Under the pieces are notes generated by a model, which ran no database searches, was not told the DNA's origin, and worked only from the letters and a program-made list of their open reading frames with translations. Shown here one piece after another: positions 37,201 through 46,479 of a stretch of DNA of 64,000 bases. How positions within the stretch are numbered: position 1 is the first letter of the stretch; each line of letters opens with the position of its first letter. The DNA comes from a virus (taxonomy: Duplodnaviria > Caudoviricetes): positions 24,876 through 88,875 of IMG/VR virus record IMGVR_UViG_3300031993_000041. One strand, written 5' to 3'. Position numbers and translations under genes: made by a program.

Positions 37201-40032
37201 TTATAGGAAGAGTGACCCTTGGTAAGTCAGAGACGCGTCAAAAGCCTCCACATGACAAGATGTCAGAATTCTGTTGACAGGTGCGAGATACAGCTTTTCG
37301 AACATCGCCTCACGGTCTATCGTCGCACCGATGTCCATAAGCGTCCTCTCATTCACTTCAGTATCCTGAGAAAATGCAAGAACGTCTATCATATCTTCAT
37401 CAGTCTCGTCTCCCCTCGACACCTTGCATATAGCCCTGCTGTTCTTCAGTATCGCCATACGAACCTTGTCTCCGTCCTTTATTCGTGAATACCTGTTTGA
37501 CAAACCTGGTTTCTTACTGATAAGATAATTCCAGAGTACTGCACCTTTCACGGTAGGCGGAGTCTTATTCATAATATGTATATTGCCTGTATCGCTTATG
37601 ACATATTTCTCGTAGGTGTTAAGTGACGAAAGCTCGCAGATGTCTGTTATAGGAGCCTGCATAAAGATTTTCTTCATCTCCCTCAAATGCTCTATGATGT
37701 TGTCAGGCGTTATGACACCAAGCTTGAGCGAATATAGAAGGGTCTTTGAATATAGGTCACGCAGAAATTTTGTATACGTGCTCTTAATATTCTCGAGACC
37801 AGTGCTCTTAATCTTCGTATACGGCTGGTAGTAAACATTTGGGTCGGTCCAGCGTATATCCTGAACATATCTGTTCTTTCCTGTCCATATACCAGAATGG
37901 CAGTATGACTCGAATTCAAAATTAAGAAGTTCCCCATTTGCGTTGTACCTTCTGCTGTAATCAGCAAGAACCTCCTTAAAGAAATCCTTGAGAAATACCC
38001 TGTAAAGACACATCGCGAAATAACATGGGTCTGGGTCTATAAGCTCTATCGACTTATATCCTTCTATATTCTCGTTCTGGACTTCTTTGAAAAACTTAAG
38101 AGCCTGCTCCTCTGTCTCCAATCCCTTCGCAGAACAATAGATGCTATACTCATTCATAGAAAGCTTCCATACCTTATTCTTCATCCAATCAGTGCTGTTA
38201 ATGACCTCATATACTGAATAATAGATGGAATCCGTCGCGATATAGACGCTGACATTACCTGTAACTTTCCCTATTACGCTGGTATTCATCTTTTTATGGA
38301 CATCTGTCTTTTGCTGCCATGTTGTCTTGAACATTTCGTTAAGAAGCTTTTCAACATAAAGGATACAATCCTTGCCTTGCAGCGTGATGGATTCAGCAAT
38401 GTTTATATCGAAGAACCTGAAACTTTCGAAACCAAAAGCTCCGTATGTCGCGTTAATGATTGTCTTCGCCGCCCATTGCTTGTCATCATTGATGTGCATT
38501 TGCTTATACAGCTCGTCAAGGTATTCTTTGAATTCCTCCACGGTTATTGATTCCCGTTTGACGTCGCTTGTCTTGTTATAGTATTCAAGCAGTTTGTCGA
38601 TACCTGGATTCGTAAGCATCAGCTCACGGCCTTCTTCGTATTTCTGCTTGTATATCTCCATAACCTTCTTATATCCCTTTCTTTGCAGATAAAGGTCTTT
38701 AAGCATCTTAGGCAACACACCTTCTTCTTTCTTGTATACGGCTCCTGACGCACATCTGATGAATCCCAATTGGATTTCCTTGAATCCGCCTCGTTCCTCC
38801 TGACGTACGTATGTTTCAGGCGATATGTTGAATTGACGCATGATGTTAGGATACAGGGATGCGAAGTCACAAGCCATACAGTAGAAATGCTTTCCGAGCA
38901 CAGGCTGCTTGAAGAAGGCACCTTCATAAGAACTCTCCTTCTTATTCTTATTCTCGACAACCGGGATAACCCTGCCTTCTTTCGCGTAATAGAACCTTAT
39001 GGCGTCAGCGACAAGCAATGACCTTGTAGCACTTTCAGAAGCCTTCGACCTTGTCAGCGATGACATACCAATACCAGTCGTCAGCGATTTCGTGACATTA
39101 TGAATCTGTTGAACAACCACGGAGTCTATCGCGTTGTAAGCGACATATTTTGCATAAGAATTATTATACAGCTCCATAAACGATTCCGTATGAGCTATCT
39201 TCTTTATGCCGGCTACCGCCTCACCGACGGTGTCAAGCCTGTAATTGTCTACTATATATTTTCTGGCCCAGGTCTGGAAAGCGATGATGTAGTCGAACTG
39301 CATGGTATGAGGTAAATGCACACCTTTAAGCATTCCGTCCTGTGCCTTCTTGAAATTTCCATTTTTGATTTCCGGAACGATGTTAAGCCTCTTGCATCTG
39401 TAACAGATATAAGGCCAGTCGAACTTATTCGAGTTCCATCCGGTAAGAAGTCCGGTCTTCTTTACAACATTGTAAATAAAATATTCAAGCATTTCAGACT
39501 CTGTTCCGAAACACTTGTACTTAAACACATATTCGTCATGGCATCCTGATTTCTTCAGGTGGTCCTTTATAAGGTTGTCGGCCTTTTCTATTTCGCTTTC
39601 CGACATAGGCTTCCATCCAAGCACGAAAAGTTTTTTGTTCGTCAGGAATGATATGGTCGTTATCGCGCATTCCGCTTTCTCCATATCAGGCATTTCGTTA
39701 ATGTCTATAACTTCAGTCTCAATATCGAAGAAAGTTATCATGGGCTGGTTTATAGAATATATGTCATCGAGTATGTCTTTGAAATATACTTCTATAAGTT
39801 CCTGGACACGCTCCCTTGACATATACGAGATATTCTTTATCGGAGCTTTCTTTACGTATTTGCCCAGATAGTCTATCTTATCCGTTTTCCTGTCAGAATT
39901 CTTCCAGTTAAAAAGGTCGTCCTTATATATCTCTTTCTTCTTGGTGACAACGCGTCCGTCTTGATTCCAATAAGAAATCTCGAGGAACTGCGCGCCGCCA
40001 AGAGTAGAGCTTTTTACAATATCAACAAGCAT
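37201..40032 (-). CDS. family B DNA polymerase (gp43-like) with 3'-5' exonuclease
   Basis: FFDIETE, GWNSNKFDWPY, YNAID; DFASLYP, KTIINATYG, YIATDS. Confidence 0.95.
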   Translation of the reverse strand: MLVDIVKSSTLGGAQFLEISYWNQDGRVVTKKKEIYKDDLFNWKNSDRKTDKIDYLGKYVKKAPIKNISYMSRERVQELIEVYFKDILDDIYSINQPMITFFDIETEVIDINEMPDMEKAECAITTISFLTNKKLFVLGWKPMSESEIEKADNLIKDHLKKSGCHDEYVFKYKCFGTESEMLEYFIYNVVKKTGLLTGWNSNKFDWPYICYRCKRLNIVPEIKNGNFKKAQDGMLKGVHLPHTMQFDYIIAFQTWARKYIVDNYRLDTVGEAVAGIKKIAHTESFMELYNNSYAKYVAYNAIDSVVVQQIHNVTKSLTTGIGMSSLTRSKASESATRSLLVADAIRFYYAKEGRVIPVVENKNKKESSYEGAFFKQPVLGKHFYCMACDFASLYPNIMRQFNISPETYVRQEERGGFKEIQLGFIRCASGAVYKKEEGVLPKMLKDLYLQRKGYKKVMEIYKQKYEEGRELMLTNPGIDKLLEYYNKTSDVKRESITVEEFKEYLDELYKQMHINDDKQWAAKTIINATYGAFGFESFRFFDINIAESITLQGKDCILYVEKLLNEMFKTTWQQKTDVHKKMNTSVIGKVTGNVSVYIATDSIYYSVYEVINSTDWMKNKVWKLSMNEYSIYCSAKGLETEEQALKFFKEVQNENIEGYKSIELIDPDPCYFAMCLYRVFLKDFFKEVLADYSRRYNANGELLNFEFESYCHSGIWTGKNRYVQDIRWTDPNVYYQPYTKIKSTGLENIKSTYTKFLRDLYSKTLLYSLKLGVITPDNIIEHLREMKKIFMQAPITDICELSSLNTYEKYVISDTGNIHIMNKTPPTVKGAVLWNYLISKKPGLSNRYSRIKDGDKVRMAILKNSRAICKVSRGDETDEDMIDVLAFSQDTEVNERTLMDIGATIDREAMFEKLYLAPVNRILTSCHVEAFDASLTYQGSLFL

Positions 40033-40036
40033 AAGC

Positions 40037-40864
40037 CTAAGAGATAATGTTAGTCATAACATATAATTCACGACATACACCGTCTGATTTAAGCTTCAAA
40101 GGCAACTGAGGTCCTAAAGTTATAATTGAAGCAGTATATTCGTTGTTCGGGTTAACCTGCAAGAAATTGTCTTTCGAATAGTATGCGTATTCGTCATTCT
40201 TTGCAAGCGTGCTTTCCAAGTTGTAGCGGAACACAGTCTGAGCGTTCGCAACTTCCTCGAATGTACGTTTTGTCTCAGTATCTGCAAGCTGCGAAAGATA
40301 CATGTTGTCATTCTGCGCATAGATGACAAACTTATTGTCGTCAGCCGAAATGCCAAGGCATGACATTATTTGCTTGATGTCAGGAATATTGAAGCTCATG
40401 ACATCTGGCACGTTCACAAAACGGTTGACATATTCATCCTTGAAATAGATGTCAGTACTGATGACGTCGCAAAGCAATTCAGACATAGCTGGCAGGTTCA
40501 CGTCGAAGAATTTGTTCGAAATCTTCATAATACGTGACAGCATTCCGAAAGAGTCAGACTTCGTGAATTCGATGGTAATGTCGCATTCTTCGGTACCGAG
40601 GTTCTTCATAACGTTGATAATCTTTTCAGCGGATGTGAATATCACCGTTCCACGCTCTTCAAGAGATGATTTCGTTTCGGTACAGTATTCAGACAAATCT
40701 GATTCTATGTACTTGAACATGCTGCCGCTGTCATTCTTGGAAAATGATTTGATGACTCCTCCGTCAATGTACAGAGTAAGCATGTTTTTCTTAAATGTCA
40801 AAGTGTTCTGGAGAAGCTTCATAAACTTCTTCACATTTACGTCTTTCAAAAAAATCTGGTTCAT
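40037..40864 (-). CDS. putative sliding clamp (gp45-like)
   Basis: 275 aa, beta/alpha repeat pattern, immediately upstream of PolB. Confidence 0.55.
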   Translation of the reverse strand: MNQIFLKDVNVKKFMKLLQNTLTFKKNMLTLYIDGGVIKSFSKNDSGSMFKYIESDLSEYCTETKSSLEERGTVIFTSAEKIINVMKNLGTEECDITIEFTKSDSFGMLSRIMKISNKFFDVNLPAMSELLCDVISTDIYFKDEYVNRFVNVPDVMSFNIPDIKQIMSCLGISADDNKFVIYAQNDNMYLSQLADTETKRTFEEVANAQTVFRYNLESTLAKNDEYAYYSKDNFLQVNPNNEYTASIITLGPQLPLKLKSDGVCRELYVMTNIIS

Positions 40865-41190
40865 AATTTGTAATCATTTATAATTTCACACATTTTTACG
40901 ACAAAATAATTCATGAGCTCATTATATGAGTCATAATCAGACTGCTCAGATGAGTTCATGTAAATTACGTCAAGATAAAATTTACCTTCCTTGACATCAA
41001 CATATATCTCGTGATATATGCCGAGCGATATTGCAAACAGGCAGATTTCATCAAAAGAAACCTTTGATATTGTTTGCCTGCTCACGGTCATAGGAAACTG
41101 CCTGTTCATCAGCGTCTCATACAAGATACTGAGAGTTTCCTTCGACCACTGTACGGAATATTCCGATAGCGGAGAATTTTCTGATTTCAT
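40861..41190 (-). CDS. hypothetical protein
   Basis: 109-aa ORF in replication operon. Confidence 0.7.
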   Translation of the reverse strand: MKSENSPLSEYSVQWSKETLSILYETLMNRQFPMTVSRQTISKVSFDEICLFAISLGIYHEIYVDVKEGKFYLDVIYMNSSEQSDYDSYNELMNYFVVKMCEIINDYKL

Positions 41191-41199
41191 AAGCGTTAC

Positions 41200-41859
41200 T
41201 TATTTTAAGTACAGCGTCATATAGGAGAACAAAAGAGAATAGGCGTCTATTACGTCGTCTATCGGCTTTGCGACCTCCCTTTTCTTTCTATCGATATATT
41301 TGCCGTTCGAATCAATAAGGAACTGCCTGAAATCGCCTCCGTATACTGAATTTACGAAAGCGTCATACATTGCAAGTTTGTCAGCGTTTCCTTTACCGGT
41401 AAACGCCTTCTTATTGTCCGTAGGCGGTATGATGAATATGTTTTCAGAACCGGTCACCCTCGCAAGTCTGTATCTCAGTATCGAATTGAATTCGATGAGG
41501 TCTATAAACGATGCTCCCTTGCTCATGTACGAGAAACCCTCAAATACGAATATGTCTCCCAAGTCAGGATTTACCGCTTCAAATATCTTGTCAGTAAGTC
41601 GTATCGCGTTTGCAATCTTCAACGATTCTCCCTCCTGATAATTATCTGTATCCGGCTTAGCCTTTATATAAGGCACTATCGTAACCTTATCTTCTATTTC
41701 TTTATGGACATCATATTTTTTAAGTTTCCTTGGCCCAAACCAGTCACCATAATATTTCGATTCCATCGCTGGAAAAGAAAAGAACTCCGTTCCGTCCTCC
41801 GTGTACCTTACAGCAGCAGTGGACAGAATGGAGAAATCTATTGACACTATTGCACTCAT
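41200..41859 (-). CDS. RuvC-like Holliday junction resolvase
   Basis: SIDFS, VFEGFSY, KKAFTGKGNADK, DDVIDAY. Confidence 0.85.
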   Translation of the reverse strand: MSAIVSIDFSILSTAAVRYTEDGTEFFSFPAMESKYYGDWFGPRKLKKYDVHKEIEDKVTIVPYIKAKPDTDNYQEGESLKIANAIRLTDKIFEAVNPDLGDIFVFEGFSYMSKGASFIDLIEFNSILRYRLARVTGSENIFIIPPTDNKKAFTGKGNADKLAMYDAFVNSVYGGDFRQFLIDSNGKYIDRKKREVAKPIDDVIDAYSLLFSYMTLYLK

Positions 41860-41883
41860 AGAGTTATTCTTCAGAATTCTTTA

Positions 41884-42936
41884 TTAGAAAATATCTTCAG
41901 CTTCACCGAATACGTTGTTTGATGAACCACCAAGAGGGTCTCCGTTTGACATAGTGCCGTCGAGTGGGTCTCTTGACTCATCATTAGAACCTTCGTCATC
42001 TTGAGGCTGTGCATCATTTGAAGGTTCATCAAAAGGATAAGTCTCAGTTGCGGTCTGTGCCTGTGTATTAGGAGCATCTTGCTTCATGTCAATTTCCTGT
42101 GCAGGCTGCTCAACTGTCGGTGCTGGCTGGGTAACTGCAGGTTCTTTTCTATCGACAGAAAGCTTTGTCGTAATACCATACTCACGAAGCATAAGCTCCA
42201 ATTTGTAGATATTATCGATATTTTTCTCAATAGAGAACTCTTTCAGAATGCTGCGAAGATATTCCGACTGTTTCATGATTTCTGCAGAGATAGCCTCTCT
42301 TTGCTCGCTTGTCGCATTCGCATAAGATGTACCGTCAGCAGCGACAATGCTGTAGTCCTTGTCGGTAACTGAGCAGAGTTCGTACGAAGGTACGGATACC
42401 GTTTTGCCTTCAATGTTCTTGCTGATTGGTTTCAAAAGAAGTTCAAGGGCAGGAGTGCTTACTTCATACAATTTCGTAGTTTTCTTGTTTGTTCCTTCGT
42501 TCATCACTTTTTTCAAAGTCTGGTTGAATCTGAACAAAACAATCTTGTTTGTGAAATCAGGATGTACTGAGTCACTTAGAATCTGTGCGACAGAGTAACG
42601 TTTGATTTTAATTTTGAGGCAGTTGTCGTCACCCATATTTTTCATTTTCTCTTTGATGCCGAACAAAAGATGGGTAAGGTTATAGCCTTCTTTCGTGTCT
42701 TGTGCCAAATTGAAATGGACATTGTTAGTCTTGTCTCTGCTGACGAGCGTAATGTCGCATATCACCTGTTCAACAGGTCCGATAGAGCCGTCCGCGTTGA
42801 AGTACGGACAAAATTTGATGAAGCCCTTTGTAATAGCGTCATCCTTACATGATAATGAATACACGTCTTTTTCGACGTCAATAAATGTCTTGCTGGCGCC
42901 TTCCAGCTGTTCCTGGGTAACTGTTAATAAATCCAT
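41884..42936 (-). CDS. single-stranded DNA-binding protein, gp32-like
   Basis: GFIKFCP, KIVLFRFNQTLKK, acidic tail ending EAEDIF; replication context. Confidence 0.65.
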   Translation of the reverse strand: MDLLTVTQEQLEGASKTFIDVEKDVYSLSCKDDAITKGFIKFCPYFNADGSIGPVEQVICDITLVSRDKTNNVHFNLAQDTKEGYNLTHLLFGIKEKMKNMGDDNCLKIKIKRYSVAQILSDSVHPDFTNKIVLFRFNQTLKKVMNEGTNKKTTKLYEVSTPALELLLKPISKNIEGKTVSVPSYELCSVTDKDYSIVAADGTSYANATSEQREAISAEIMKQSEYLRSILKEFSIEKNIDNIYKLELMLREYGITTKLSVDRKEPAVTQPAPTVEQPAQEIDMKQDAPNTQAQTATETYPFDEPSNDAQPQDDEGSNDESRDPLDGTMSNGDPLGGSSNNVFGEAEDIF

Positions 42937-43007
42937 GTTGTTAAAATTTTATAGTTTGTAAAAAATTTAGTGTATATAAAAAACAATGTTTTACGTGGGA
43001 TTAGACA

Positions 43008-43040
43008 AAAAAGGACCTGAAATTTACAGGTCCTTTAAAA
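43008..43040. terminator. bidirectional intrinsic terminator
   Basis: aaaaaaggacctg-aaattta-caggtccttt. Confidence 0.75.
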
Positions 43041-43062
43041 ATTTCTTACGATTCGACATAAA

Positions 43063-43584
43063 TTATCTTTTACGTTTCTTCGAAGATTTCGATTTTTTCT
43101 TTGGAGTTTCAACAGGAACTTCTTCTGTTTCTTCCTTGATTTCTTCAGCAGGTTGCTCAGGAGCTTCTTGCTCATCTACAGCTTCAGTTTCTGTTTCAGA
43201 AATTTCTTCAGCAGGTTGTTCGGCAGCTTCATTAGTTTCTTCCGTGATTTCTTCAGCAGGCTGCTCTACTGTTTCAACTGCAGGAGCTTCGACGGGAGCT
43301 TCAATAGGTGCTTCAACAGATGCTTCAACTTCCTGTACCTTCACTTCTTCCGGTTTTTTAACAGGTTTGGTAGAAGCTTGTTTTTGCTTATTGTCTGCTT
43401 TTGCTTTCTGTCCAGCTGGTTTTGCTGCTTTTGGTTTTTCAAGTTTAGCCTCAGCAGCTTCTTTTCCTTCAAGTTCCTTAACATCAGCGCTTGCTACCTC
43501 TTTCTTAACCGGTTCAGGTCTCAGAACTGTCGGTTTCTTTGCGACAGGTGTAAGTTTCTTGACTAAAATTTTTGCTCTGTACAT
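43063..43584 (-). CDS. low-complexity K/A/P/E-rich protein
   Basis: basic N-half, EAPVEAP/EEI repeats, basic C-tail; ATAAATA upstream. Confidence 0.8.
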   Translation of the reverse strand: MYRAKILVKKLTPVAKKPTVLRPEPVKKEVASADVKELEGKEAAEAKLEKPKAAKPAGQKAKADNKQKQASTKPVKKPEEVKVQEVEASVEAPIEAPVEAPAVETVEQPAEEITEETNEAAEQPAEEISETETEAVDEQEAPEQPAEEIKEETEEVPVETPKKKSKSSKKRKR

Positions 43585-43625
43585 AATTTGTAAAATTTTA
43601 AGTTAATATTCACTATGTAATATAT

Positions 43626-43817
43626 TTATGATTTCTGGAAATATTTTATAACTGAGAAAGCAGCTATCAATATCTGAGGAATCATAATTGCGAGAAAGAC
43701 TTTGAATTTCCATAATGCGACAATGACAAAGCCTGCACACATTACAAAAAACAGAATGATTAAAAGCGAAACTTCAAAAAATCTCTTCATCTTACTTGTC
43801 TTTCTTATAGCTTTCAA
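43626..43817 (-). CDS. small membrane protein
   Basis: two hydrophobic segments. Confidence 0.6.
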   Translation of the reverse strand: MKAIRKTSKMKRFFEVSLLIILFFVMCAGFVIVALWKFKVFLAIMIPQILIAAFSVIKYFQKS

Positions 43818-44010
43818 CGATATTCCTTACGCAGATTCCAAGTCCGAAATACAACGCTGCGATGATAAGCGTCATACAGATGTCAAACGCAACAGGTGCA
43901 TCGTTCTCAAATACCTGGTAATAGTATTCTATGGAGAACACTATTGTTAACAATAGAAGAGGCAGGCTCTTCATAATCTTGCTTTTCGTTTCAGTAGATA
44001 TTCTTTTCAT
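43792..44010 (-). CDS. small membrane protein
   Basis: two hydrophobic segments. Confidence 0.6.
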   Translation of the reverse strand: MKRISTETKSKIMKSLPLLLLTIVFSIEYYYQVFENDAPVAFDICMTLIIAALYFGLGICVRNIVESYKKDK

Positions 44011-44211
44011 ATTCTTACATTTTTATTTTATTTATGTTCCTACACCCAAATTGTGACAATATCTGACTCTTTGCCATAGCAAATATCTATGACTTCAAGT
44101 GGCCCATTGGCACAATATCCCATTCCGTCATCGATACAGACTACTGCTTTCTTATCAAGACATTAATTTTTCCATAACTAAAATTTTTATATAAAAAACA
44201 ACGATTTGCAG

Positions 44212-44712
44212 TTAAACTGCATTCTTCCCGAAAGATTTCACGATATAGTCGTCTACCAAGCTCGAAGCATTGCATAATTCGGATATGAGCTCATATATTG
44301 AATTCGCAAATTCCTCAGAAACTCTTTTCCTGATGTCTATATCCATAATGCCTTCCCTTGTAAATTTACTGTTAATTATGTAAAATATCGTTTCTGCGTC
44401 ATTATATTCGTAATCGTCGACAAATATCTTTTTGACGGCATTCGTTTTATCTATGTTTCTTTTTAATTTGATAGACTTTAATAATTTGATGTATGCGCTT
44501 AGTTCTGTCTGCCAGCGCTTGAAATTAAGATTATCGTTATCAAATAATGAGCAATATTTACATAAGCACCAATTTTCGATAATTTGAATACATAATCCAT
44601 CAACTTTATTCTTAAAGTCTTTCAAATGCAATGCTATCTCCAATAGTTCTCCGGAACTTTGGAGCTGTTTTGAATCATTTACGAATTCGTTATATGCCTT
44701 CAATTTTTCCAT
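44212..44712 (-). CDS. hypothetical protein, N-terminal MEKLKAYNEFVND
   Basis: 166-aa ORF after promoter motif at 44724-44738. Confidence 0.75.
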   Translation of the reverse strand: MEKLKAYNEFVNDSKQLQSSGELLEIALHLKDFKNKVDGLCIQIIENWCLCKYCSLFDNDNLNFKRWQTELSAYIKLLKSIKLKRNIDKTNAVKKIFVDDYEYNDAETIFYIINSKFTREGIMDIDIRKRVSEEFANSIYELISELCNASSLVDDYIVKSFGKNAV

Positions 44713-44823
44713 AACTAAAAATTTTATATAAAAAACAACAATAAAAAGAAAGTGCCAAGAATTTCATCCTGACACCTTCTTTATTTAATGATTCATAATT
44801 TTATTTAGAAGCAAACTTATAAT

Positions 44824-45762
44824 TTAATTGAAACTATTTACAAACTTATTGAAACTATTTCTTGCTTTAACATATTTAGGCGGCATACCATTCTTATAGT
44901 CTGCATCAAACATTCTATCAATCCATTCGTCAACTTTTTCAAGTTTCCAACCGCTTAAGTCTTGATTAAAGCTTTTAGCTTTCCAGAACATCTCTAAAAC
45001 GCCTTCTACATTCGATACGTCCCATCCTGATATGTCTTGGTTGAAAGAGGTTGCATTGCAAAACATCGCGCACATATCAATTGCTTTGCCAGTATTCCAT
45101 TTACTAATGTCTTGATTGAAATCTTCAGCTCCGCAAAACATTCCATGAAAGTCTCGCACATTCTTTGTATCCCAAGTTGTCACATCGCCGTTAAACTTTA
45201 TAGCTTCAAAGAACATTTTTTCCATTGACTTCACTTTCTTAGTGTTCCAGTTGCTTAAGTCTTGATTGAAAGAAGATGCTCCTTCAAACGTATGGCTCAT
45301 GTCTTTTACATTCTTCGTATCCCACTTTCCGATTGGCTGATTAAACTTCTCAGCTTTGTAGAACATATTTGACAAATTTCCTACATTCTGAGTATTCCAG
45401 TTGCAGATGTCTTGATTAAACGTTTGACACCAAGTGAACATTGATTGCATGTCGGTGACTTTGCCAGTATCCCATTTTGAAATATCACAGTCGAACTTGT
45501 CGCACTGGCAAAACATCGCACTCATATTTGTCACATTACTCGTGTCCCACTTGCTAATGTCACCATTGAAGTCATCCTTCTTGAAAAACAGGTAGCTCAT
45601 ATCTGTGACAAGAGAAGTGTCTATATCATTGAAATCTCCTTCATTACCTCTTTCTTCAATAAGTTGCTCCATCAACGCCTTGAGCTCTTCATTGTCTTTT
45701 GGCTGCATTGTGTTTGCAACGCTTTCATTGATGAACTGTCTGTAAGTCTTCAAGTTTCCCAT
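44824..45762 (-). CDS. BspA-like/DUF285 repeat protein
   Basis: about eight ~25-aa repeats FNxDISxWDTxxVxxMxxMF; probable start MGNLKTY at 45762. Confidence 0.9.
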   Translation of the reverse strand: MGNLKTYRQFINESVANTMQPKDNEELKALMEQLIEERGNEGDFNDIDTSLVTDMSYLFFKKDDFNGDISKWDTSNVTNMSAMFCQCDKFDCDISKWDTGKVTDMQSMFTWCQTFNQDICNWNTQNVGNLSNMFYKAEKFNQPIGKWDTKNVKDMSHTFEGASSFNQDLSNWNTKKVKSMEKMFFEAIKFNGDVTTWDTKNVRDFHGMFCGAEDFNQDISKWNTGKAIDMCAMFCNATSFNQDISGWDVSNVEGVLEMFWKAKSFNQDLSGWKLEKVDEWIDRMFDADYKNGMPPKYVKARNSFNKFVNSFN

Positions 45763-45763
45763 A

Positions 45764-46474
45764 TTAAAATTTTTCGTAATCAAATTCTGATTTCATGTCA
45801 TCATATAAGTCATCAATGAATTCATCCTCTTTTTCAGATGTTCTGACAAATTCGACAAGGTCTGCACCTCTGACGGCATAAAAATCAAGACTTGACTCAG
45901 TCATCTCAAGATTGTCTCGCCATACATTATATCCGTCTTCTTCTCTTTCAGAGAATTCCTCATAAATGACTGTCGCTGAAAATACCATACATATCTTATA
46001 GTATTCGTTGTCATTGCATTCGGCATTCAGGTCTTCGATTTTATTCTTGCATACTATGCTTGACTCAAGCAATGTCGATGTCTCAGCGTCTATCTCATCA
46101 GTTAGCTGTTTTTCGTTTATCTTGTCAACAACAGCCTTCTTGATACCAATATACCAGGGTGTTTCTATATATAAAACACCTGGTTCGTCACTACCTGGAT
46201 AATCCCAGGTCTGCGGTTCGTATGAAGGTCGCTCTTCGTCAACAACAACTGCTTTGTCATTAAGATAGTCATCGGTATACATCAATGCGTATGCAAGCCT
46301 GTCGTATTCCTTGAATTTACCATTAAAGTCTGCATCGATAAGAATAGCTTTCAATAATTTGTGCATAACCTCATCTTCCTGAGGCGTCATACCTTTAAGT
46401 ATCTTAGTTTCATTTAATGACTGCTTTTTCTCAGAAGCCTTCATAAATCTGTTATAAGTTGCAAGTTTTCCCAT
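45764..46474 (-). CDS. acidic hypothetical protein, N-terminal MGKLATYNRF..LNE
   Basis: 236-aa ORF. Confidence 0.75.
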   Translation of the reverse strand: MGKLATYNRFMKASEKKQSLNETKILKGMTPQEDEVMHKLLKAILIDADFNGKFKEYDRLAYALMYTDDYLNDKAVVVDEERPSYEPQTWDYPGSDEPGVLYIETPWYIGIKKAVVDKINEKQLTDEIDAETSTLLESSIVCKNKIEDLNAECNDNEYYKICMVFSATVIYEEFSEREEDGYNVWRDNLEMTESSLDFYAVRGADLVEFVRTSEKEDEFIDDLYDDMKSEFDYEKF

Positions 46475-46479
46475 AGCTG

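Noticed and set aside
37201-40032. Intein or intron in the DNA polymerase
   Set aside because: Continuous 943-aa ORF with no C/S...HN intein ends or LAGLIDADG motifs; the insertions are short.
44824-45762. Diversity-generating retroelement target or template in the DUF285 repeats
   Set aside because: Repeats are in-frame protein repeats that diverge at all bases, not adenine-specific; no reverse transcriptase in the window.
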